64,000 nucleotides of DNA from the human T2T-CHM13v2.0 reference genome, Homo sapiens: the NCBI RefSeq assembly GCF_009914755.1, contig NC_060942.1; one strand, given 5' to 3'. Shown one piece after another: positions 53,931 to 64,000 of the stretch; within the stretch, counting starts at the first letter, position 1; each line of letters starts with the position of its first letter. The notes under the pieces are model-generated. The model ran no database searches. It had not been told where the DNA came from and saw nothing but the letters and a program-made list of their open reading frames with translations. Made by a program: the position numbers and the translations under genes.

Positions 53931-54719
53931 ATCTGGTTTACACAAATTTAATTTCATATTCATGCTACATATGACAAAATTTTGCATCAAGCTTTTTCAC
54001 TTAGTGTGTTATGCCGTGAGCATCTTCATCAAATTTGCCCTGGGAGGGAGGAATCTTCCAGCAGCATCTGTGTGGAGAATTGTTTTCTCCCTGGGGCCAT
54101 CAGGAAAAGCTTGCCCTTTGCTGTGATTCCCTGGGCTGCAATGCTTTTACTTAACTGGCTCAGTCCCATTCATAGCTGTCCCCTAAGGCCCCAGCTGTGG
54201 TATCAGCAGGGGGTCTAGTGTCTCTCATACCGTTTTTTTTTCCTCCCCAGGACCACTGTGGGAGGAGGTACTTTCTCTTTGTCAGAAGAACAGAAGCAAA
54301 TGGTCTGCTTATAGCCTTTTATGTGACGATGTGCCCTTTCTGCCACTGCAAGGGAAAGAGTCATCTTTGCTCCTCCATTTTGGTTTATCCTAAGAAAGAC
54401 CAACACTATGTCTAGCCCAGAGAGAGAAACACATAAAATAAATACAAGTTAAATCTTCAATGGGACATCAAGTTCCATGTACAAGGCTAACCTAGACTAT
54501 AAAGTCCTTGAAGTAAGTGAATTTATTATATATCTCTATCACTGGACACACTGTTTGCATGAAATGAAGAGAAGCTTAATAAAAGTGTCTTCATAATGAC
54601 AAAGACAGGGATGATTATTTGTAGATACAACATTTAAAGTATAAATACAGTTCAAGAAGATTTGATTCTAATCGAAACACTTCCACCTAAATAAGAATCC
54701 TGATGCAAATAATGACTAG

Positions 54720-57700
54720 TTTTAAAATGACACCTTTTTTCAGACATTACAAGCAATGCTTAGTCGTTAAATTAAAAAATAAATACCCCGTACGATTTAA
54801 GAAGAAAATAGAACACATCTCTATTCCCACCACTTAGCTAACATTTGGTGTGCTTATTCTCTCTGTCTCTGTCTGTCTCTGCCTGTCTCTCTCTTTCATT
54901 CTCATTCACTCCTGCCCTCACCTCTCTCTCTCTGTCTTATCTACCTTTGTTTTGATTTTACAAATTTAAGTCCATATTCATGCTGTACATGATTAAGGTT
55001 ACACACTTAGTATGTACACACTTTTTCACTTATATCATGAACATCTTTGTCAAACTTTTAGAAACATTTTACCAGAGCCCTGTTTTGAAGACATGAAAGT
55101 TGTTCTCTATTCATTTTTAAATTAGGGATATATCATATGTGGGTATATTTACACACATATTTTGGAGCACATTTTAAATTGTTTCCTTAGGAAATATTGC
55201 TAAAAGTAGATTTAAAAAAATATTAAAGTGTTTGATAAACATTACTATAATATCCTCCAGAAAGTCTGAACTAATTTAAACTCCCATTAACAACATTTGT
55301 ACATATTTCCATTGCAACCTTGTTAAGAAAGTACTATTTTGATAAACAGACAAAAAGGAAATCACACAGTTGTTTAATTTGCATAAAATACTAAATACTT
55401 TCTTCTTATCATTGTTTATTTTTTGTTTCCCTTTTGTGAATTGCCTGCTTATATTCTTGTCCATTTCCTAATGATCTGTAAATGCTTTTTAAAATTTCTT
55501 TGGAGAACTCTGATAAATGCTGTGAATATTTTTCCCAGATATTGCTTTTGTTTAAAAATTAAATAATAATTTCTCCTTATAAACAGACATGTCTGATATT
55601 AAAATGTAGGTATTCCTCAATAATTTGTTTCCTTTGTTTTTAGATTTCAATCCGATTTTAAAATAACATACATTTTCTTCTGTTTTATTCTTTCTCCTTC
55701 CCTTCCTCTTTCTCTCCCTCCCTTCTTTCCTTTTTTTCATTTTACAACTAATTGGTCAGTACTTCTGGGATATGCTATAGAGCAGAAATCTAACATTTTC
55801 TTTTCCAAAAATGTAATCAGTTGTCTAAAAGCCATTACATTCTCTTCTCTCTCCCTTGATTTTAAATGTGATCTTGGTCAAATGCTGAACTTTAATTAGC
55901 ATTAGAGTCTATTTCTGAAGCTGCCTTCCTGTACCACTGGTTCATTTAATAATTTTTGCTTGAGCACCATATGGCTTTAATTACTGAGCTTGACAATATG
56001 GTAAGCATCGTTTCAGGTAGTACTAGTCCCCTTTCATTACTCTCTCTTTGAGGGGCTTCTGTGTTTATCCTTCTAGATGAATTTTTATGTTCATTTTGAA
56101 GAAAATTTTGCCATTTTGATTAAAATTTATGGAAACATGAATTCTTTTTGGAGAAAATGATATACTTACAGTATTAAGTCCTTTTGAAAAATTATTTCTT
56201 CCTACTCAGGAATTCTATTAGTTTCTCCATTTATTTAAAACTCCTTTATGCTCATCAGTAAAGTGTAACAATTTTCTTCATCAAGTGCTACCTACTTCTT
56301 ACATTTATTGCTAGATATTTTATACATTTGCTGATATTGTTGGTGGAAAGTTGTTGTGGATTGTGGAGTGTGCTGTGTGTTATGTGGATTTTGTATTTGG
56401 CCCTAATATTTTGGTTTCTTCTCTGAAGTTTTCCTTTTGCTTATTAAAATATATATTACTCATGTATTTTTTTTTGTTTTGTTGCATTGGTTAGAACTTT
56501 CAAAGTATTACGTAAAAACAGGGACACTGCCTGTATTATTTGTATTGCTGCTCATTCTAAGGTAGATGGAGGAATCGTAAAGCTGGACCTTTGGTTTCAC
56601 CATTTAACCAAGTGTCCAGTTTTAAGAGAGGTTTTTTTAAGGAAGAAAGCTCTATTCTTAGTGTATATATATATATCTTATATATACACATTTACATTTA
56701 TATATATACAATATATGTAAATTTACATAGAAATGATTTTAACCAGAAATATTATTTTTTATTTAAATATAATTTTTTCTTTAATCTTTAAATTTCTGAA
56801 GTTACATTTACTTGATCATGTGTATTGATCTCTATCTTCAGTAACCTTATGATTTTGGTTTGTGTTGATATTTTATTTTGGATTTTTGCACTTGTATTGC
56901 CAGTAAGTGGGGTTTAGAGATGTGTGCATGTGGTGGTGGTGTGTGTGTGTGTGAGTGTGTGTATTTAGGAGTGTGCTTTCTCCATCAAGTTTGGGTATTA
57001 GGGTTATGGAAAATAACCTAGAAATCTTCTGTTAAGAATATATTCTGGAATATTTTATATCACATGGAGTTTCAAATAACCCACATATTTTTCTGTGCCA
57101 TTTAGGAGGTAATACGTATTTGCCTTTTGAGATTTTTCTCTGTATTTTTGATCAGTTCAGGTAGTTTTTCTCTTTATGATTAAGTTTTGATTCACTTATG
57201 TTTTCCTAGAAAATTGCCCATTTCATCATTGTTATAAAATTTTTAAAAAAATATATGAATATATTTGTTTCCTCATTTTTAATTTTTTGTTTTTGTATCT
57301 TCTGTATCATTTACTTGCATATACTTGCTAGATATTTAGCTATTTGGCTTCTCCTTCCAAAGATCTATTCCTAGGATTTATCAATTTTCTCATTTTTAAC
57401 TCATATTTTTAAATGGTTTTATAAATTTCTGCTTTTTTTGAGTTTATCTTATTTTTCTTCTGATAACTAAGTTGGCATTTTGTTCATTTATTTTCATATT
57501 TCATTTTAAATTTTGTAGGCTTTTAAGGCCTCAGATTTCACACTGAAAACATATTGGTTGCCACACAAAAGTTTTATATATAATTTTCCATTTGTTATAA
57601 TTTTCTCAACAGTCATAAAAACATTTAATTCCAGTGTGATTTAGGAATACCTTTAAATTTTCCAAGTGGTTGTATTTTATTGTTACTTCTCTTTGTTATT

Positions 57701-57860
57701 CATTTGCAAAATTTCTTCTCTTTGCAATTTATTCAGATTTTTATTATGGCTTAATATAGAATGCATTTTTTTTTTTAGTGCTTCATGTGTATTTGAAAAG
57801 ATAACAGTGTTCTCTGTTGGTAGTATCTGTAGTTAGATATATTTCTTTAATGGGATACTC
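54720..57860 (-). mobile_element. Long degenerate L1M (L1ME-like) fragment(s)
   Basis: Very T-rich; TTTCCTTAGGAAATATTGCTAAAAGTAGA, AATTTAAACTCCCA, TTTTGTGAATTGCCTG, TTTCTCCATTTATTTA, GGATTTTTGCA and AAATTGCCCATTTCATC occur in antisense L1 order. Confidence 0.8.
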
Positions 57861-58097
57861 AAGATGAAATTTAATTCTAAGAATTTCAAAAACACAATAG
57901 AAAGTAAAAGTTGTTGGATAGCACTGATGAGACCAGTGGGCTAGAGCACACACAGCCATTAGAGACATGAGTGATTCCATCTGAAGCTGACAGACCTTCC
58001 CACAGTCAAAGCAAAAATTATGAAATGAACCAGTGGTACAGGGAAGCAGCTTCAGAAATAGACTCTAATACTAATTAGAATAGACTCTAATACTAAT
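55893..58097. repeat. 69-bp inverted duplication (55893-55961 / 58009-58077) plus a 19-bp tandem copy (58057-58075 / 58079-58097)
   Basis: Manual alignment: 65/69 identical, ungapped. Confidence 0.93.
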
Positions 58098-59114
58098 ACT
58101 GACAGTCAGTCAGTCAAGGCTGGGGAGGCCAATCTTAGCCTGGAAAGTACAGTAGAGCGCAGCTGGACGGAAAGGTCCAGCTCTCAGGAACAGAGTGAGG
58201 CAGGGCAGGGAGGGTTGCTGGAGGAACCCTGAGGGCAGGCCCTGGTTGAGGCCTCCAGAAGTGGGTACATCCGCTGGCAGGGATAGTTGGTCCTCTCTTT
58301 CCTTCTTTATGAACTCTCAGTAAATCCTTGCTAAAGGCTGTTATCTGCTCTGGTATCTTCTAGACCTGTGCAGAGAAGGAAGGGGAAATGAGACCTCTGC
58401 CAAGGTAAGGGCAGCCTTGGCCCAGTGGCAGGGTACCAAAGATGGTGGCCAAGCAGCTGGAGGTGGTGGGGGTACATGGATGAACAGGAGGGCTCAGTCC
58501 TCGGGACTGATGAAGCAGACCTGGGATGAGGAGCCCTGAGGGGCTGTAAGAAACATCAGAGTGCACCTTGAGATCATTATTGCCTTCTAGGGTATAATCA
58601 TCACTGGAGCCATCAATTGAATTTTATTTTAGACCAGGCTAGCCAGGTTAGAAGACATTTAGATTAGAAATGTTTTAGATAAGCATTATTTGTCATATTA
58701 TTTGTAATTCTCCACCATTTTCTGACAATGTAATCAGCCATAACCTGAGAGAAATGTGTCCAACTTTTCTGAGGTTACTGTATGACACTTGGTTTTCTCT
58801 CATTTGTCAGAGATTTTGCTTTTGTTCTATTATGCTATAACAATGTGAAATGAGGTTGTGCATTTTTTTGTATCTTAATTGTGGATTACACCCATAATCA
58901 ATCTAAAATGCCCCTCTTGGCCTGTTTAATGCTTTGTTTGCAATTTCTATCCCTGTTTCCTTTTTGTGTGCATACATCTTGGCTAAGTGCTTAGCCTTTA
59001 TTTCTGACCTTGTTTGAGTTGTAGCTTAAGTATTTTGTATTTTGACCAAACAAAAAAAGCCTTTGTCTATTAATGAGGGAGTTAATTACACTGACAGTGA
59101 TTTTCAAAACTGAT

Positions 59115-59960
<846 letters not shown>

Positions 59961-62149
59961 TGTTCATTTTAAATATTTTTACCTTTATTTCTTGCTTTTT
60001 ATGTATTATTTCTCTTTAGTTTTTGGTTTTCTGTTATATGTATGTAGATGATATTTTATTTGCATTTGTTTTCTCCTGTGAATTGCTAAGGATGCATCTT
60101 TTTTAATTCTACTAAAAATCAAGTAGCCTAATATATACTCGAGCCTGTATTTTTAGAAGTATAAAAGTCAATATAATAATGATAATTATAATTATCAGTT
60201 AGTGTTGTTTGAGCTCTTAATGTAGGTCATGATATTGTGCTAAGCAATGTATGTATATTTATTAGATTGGTCTTCACAGCAGGATTTGGAGACACAGAAA
60301 GTTAAGTGACTTGCCCAAGTAAAGCAGAAACTGTCAGTTGCCTACTCTGTGGATGAAGACATTAATACAGTTTTACTTTATGCCATGCCTTTAACTCTCT
60401 ATTCATTTCCTGCTTTTGTTGTTATTGGGGAATTTCAGAACTGGAATTTTAATAATTAATTATTTTTGCATTATTTATATTCTTTAAACTAAAATGTTTT
60501 CTTTTTTTTTGAGTCCACATTTTCTATAATCATTCAGACTCAATTCTACATTTAAGTGCTTTTGATACTCGCACCATTCCTCTTGAACTGTAGTCTTTTA
60601 TTCTAAGTTATTTAACACAGTTCCTTTTTGGATTAACTGATACGTTTTTATTCAGAAGATATGTTGTTGTCATAGTTATCACAGAATAACCACTGGGTTG
60701 GTTATAGAATTTTCCCCCAAATTCTATGTATTTCTCTCAAGTCTTCTCATACTTAGTGCTGCACAGGAGAAGTTTGAGCCTGTTCTTTTTTCTTTTTTTT
60801 TTTTGTCTTGTAGTCTATCTGATTCATTTCTACCCAGATGCTGGTAGTGTTTTTTGTTTTTTTACACAATTAATTTCCATTGCACAAGTAAGTTCTGAAA
60901 GCATTGTTCTTCCAAATATTAAAACTGTACAGATATATGAAAAACTCTATTTGATCTCCCTTTTCTGAACTCAAACCCTTTCCCCAGAGGTAACTACTGT
61001 GAACATTTTATATGAATCTTTCCATTAAGTTTTCTATGTATTTACACCTACATATCTGTAAATGTGGAAAAGTGTATACTGATATATCTGTAAATGTGGA
61101 CACAGTATTATTCCAGGGAAAGTGTAACCTGAGAATATATGTCAAATGCATCAGTGAGGAATTTTGAGGGCTGGGGGATGGGTAGGGGCCCAAACAACTC
61201 CTGATTACCTGAGAAAGAAGGCCCCACTGCAATAGCAGGTGAATGGGCCAGTGTCAGATGAGGTAGACCTGGACTTCTGATTCACGACTTAATTTACTCC
61301 ATAGGAAAAGATGAGACCATCTTTTCAAGCTGTGGCTTTGTTCTCCTTGTCAGGCGCAAGTACCCAATCAATAACCGCCTCAGCTCCAGAGCTCATGGAA
61401 CCAGTAGAGCTTCTCCCCAGATTCTGACCAAGGTGTATTTGTTAGTTAGCACTGTTAGTCTCCTCTTTTCTCATGTTTTTTTCCTATGGGGCTTTAGAAA
61501 AAGTGAAGTCCTATACTTAGGTAGGAAGAGGCCATCTTGAGGAAAAAATAGGACAAATTGCTCTTAGTGGCAGTACACCTGGAGTCCCAGGAGAGAATGG
61601 CTTAAACAACAAGCCCTACCCCAGTGCACCTCTAATCTTTTGATTAGAAAAGAGGGAGGCCTCTTTTCATGAGAAATCGGATAGTCCCATGAGGATGGTG
61701 CTCTCACACTGATGGAGAGCAATTCAGGGAATGAGCTTGGGCCCTACCTGCTCCAAGCTCTACAGAAACGATGCCCGAACTGTTTCCCACCAAGTAGGCC
61801 TACTGTGTCCAGCTTCTGATGGATCTCATAAGATTTTGTTTCCCAAGAGAACCAGTTTAGTAAAAATATGTTTTCCCATTTTAACTGCTCCCTTAACTTC
61901 CAAAGAGCATGTGATATTCCAGATTATCACACTAAACTGCTGTCATTCCTGGCAACAGCAAAGAAGGCTCTGTTGCATGAGCCAGAGGAGCTTACTGTGG
62001 GTAGACAACTCGAGCCAGGCTTTTAGAAGCTTTGAAGATAGAGCAATTTACTGCCTTTAATGACATTCATTTTGGTGTCTTTCATATTTATAAAAAAGGA
62101 ACAACCAAATAGACCAGGGGAGTGCTGACTAGTACATCTGTTGGGTCTG

Positions 62150-62440
62150 GCACCTCCTGGTCTTGCTCTAGGTAGGGGGTGCCTTCTGGAACCACCAGTC
62201 TAGTGGTCTTCTCCCCACCCACATCCCTCTCCATTTTGCCATCTGCTTTATTCACACATAATATGTACGGTCTATACTTATCTGATATATGCACTTCTTG
62301 CTTGTCCTCCCCCTCCAGAATGTACACTTGATGACAGTAGGGGTCTTGCCTGCCTTATCCACTGCATAGCTCCAGTCAAGAGAAGTCATTGCCACGGAAA
62401 AGGCACCCAACAAACATGCCTTTAACTTGTTGAATGAACC
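62150..62440 (+). mobile_element. L2 3' end
   Basis: CTTGTCCTCCCCCTCCAGAATGTACACTTGATGACAGTAGGGG...AGGCACCCAACAAACAT..TTGTTGAATGAA. Confidence 0.75.
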
Positions 62441-62629
62441 CATCAAATTCCTGATAGTGGAAGTTTGGACACTGGAGTCGCAGGTGGGGAAAGAAACCAT
62501 GATGCAATAGGACCCCAATTACACGTGGGTTCTGCTTATGTTAGAAAAGCTTCCTGACTTTGTGTGCAGTCAAGTCCTGTGGCTTGTGGCCAAGGGAGGA
62601 TCTTTTCTTTTTTACCCATGGAAGATGAC

Positions 62630-63545
62630 ATTGGTATGTTGGAGTAATGATCCAGAAGATAAACATGAATACAGACAAATTCTGAATTTGGATTCAAATA
62701 ACAAGTTGCACAAAAACAAGGTAGGAGAGATGTTTCTTGACAATAATTTGTAGAAAAACGTTACGTTTTGGCCGACTCATTGTGAATTAATGGCATGAAT
62801 AGCTGTTAAAATTTTATACTAGTAATGGAATATCATGTCTAATAATACAAAAAAATCAACATTCTATGTGGCCACGATTTATGCTGCACTAACCATGTAC
62901 CAAGTACTGTGCTTAATGCTTTTTTATACGTGACTACAACTCCTGAAAACCACATTATTATGTTCATTTTATGAATGGAGAAACTTAGGTTCAAAGAGTT
63001 TAACTTGGCCAGGACACAGAGCTAGGACATGATGAAACCAAGTATATCTGACTGAAAAAGCTGTTGTTCTTCACCACTGATTTTCTTGGTGCTCTATGTG
63101 GGCCTGAACATATCTAGGACATTTGGACTCAGTTGTAGAAGATACATTTTAAGACAGACAATAACCAAACAGCGGCTTCATAGGGAGGCTATTAGCATAT
63201 TAAAGAATATGGAAACCACAGCATGTGGGGAATGTTCAAAGAGAAGGGGGATGTTTTGTGCAGAGGAGAGACAATGGGAGGTGGAGGTCAAGAATGAAAG
63301 GGTATCAAATGGAAGAGAGCAGACATGTCCTGTGTGGCTCCAAATGGCAGAACTGGAATAGCAGATGGAAGTTACAGTGAAGCAGATTTCAGCTTGACAC
63401 AAGAACTAACTTTCTAAAGAACAGAGATGTGGGATGAAGCTCTTGAACTCATCCCCCTCCTCCCTCCAAGCCTGAACAGCCATCTGTCAAAGATGTTGGA
63501 TTTCAGGAAGGAGAACCTTCCACCTCTAAGAGTCTGAGATTTTCT
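62630..63545 (+). mobile_element. L3/CR1 LINE 3' region, with a minus-strand MIR inserted at ~62875-63080
   Basis: Decayed CR1 ORF2 C-terminal blocks (ATGGAAACCACAGCATGTGGGGAA..AAGGGGGATGTTTTGTGCAGAGGAGAGA, similar to LETMPYEERLKELGMFSLEKRR) and 3'UTR GCAGATTTCAGCTTGACACAAGAACTAACTTTCTAA...CCTTCCACCTCTAAGAGTCTGAGATT. Confidence 0.75.
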
Positions 63546-64000
63546 AGACGAGTTTAAAGTTTATTTAAAAGAAAGGTAAAGACCATTTGAGCTGATTTAA
63601 CATGAATCTTGTCTGGGGGCTGGGGGACTATATTAGAGTCTGAGTTCCTTTCAGCCTTTTGAGCAGGTAACTCTTCTATTGGGGCCATAACTGAGGCATA
63701 TTTTAAATCAGAAAGGGAGAATATCGTTTTTATTCTGAATCTGAATACTCCTTAAAAATAATAATTGTTGGATGGTATTTTTGTATTTAATTCATTTCAG
63801 TCTTTCCTGTGTGTTTATTTTGTGTTCAGCCCTGCATAGGTGATAAATTTGTAACCATACCCCCTCTCTAGCCCATCCCTCTTTAATACCACCCTAGGAC
63901 AAGACCATGAATAGTCCTGCCTTTCATGGCGCCTCCAATTCCTCCTTTCCCTGAGGTACATACAGGCATTGTGCATACAGAAGTTACCTGTGTTTGTAAT

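Larger units (their letters stand above)
52230..54000 (+). pseudogene. Decayed hAT-superfamily transposase coding relic (possibly Tag1/DUF659-like), split by an AluJ and an L1PA
   Basis: Manual translation of the + frame starting 52839 gives MLQLITDNGVNMKGAETMM*SNAKK*LTAEKISCEPKQFHL, resembling the hAT 'QVITDNAANMKAA...C-x-x-H-x-L-x-L' core. Weaker KHTGR and FPV..FAVAY lie in the same frame at 53298-53396. Multiple stops; ends not defined. Confidence 0.55.

Overview
Primate genomic DNA, very probably human because it contains an AluYa5-lineage insertion. It is a repeat-rich intronic or intergenic stretch in which I recognise no protein-coding gene, RNA gene or CpG island, and I cannot name the locus. 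The supplied ORFs are repeat-derived, microsatellite-derived or look like chance ORFs. Recognised elements: 6 Alus plus a FLAM (all on the minus strand), two young L1PA 3' fragments with TSDs, old L1M, L2, L3/CR1 and MIR fragments, MaLR and ERVL LTRs, DNA transposons (Tigger3b, MER5, MER53, MER46C) and several microsatellites. The most unusual signals are four. (1) At 33.8-35.1 kb a 68-bp inverted repeat encloses a ~190-bp copy of sequence lying ~1 kb downstream; the copy contains a fold-back micro-inversion and a duplicated 28-nt micro-exon candidate, and a G4-prone tract lies just upstream. (2) Several other local templated duplications or fold-backs occur at 1.5, 20.9, 27.8 and 55.9/58.0 kb. 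(3) A decayed hAT-type transposase reading frame at 52.2-54.0 kb is split by an AluJ and an L1PA. (4) There are candidate regulatory or exon elements at 6.9-7.2 kb and 20.0-20.3 kb. Repeat family names come from recalled consensus sequences, not searches, and boundaries of old repeats are approximate.
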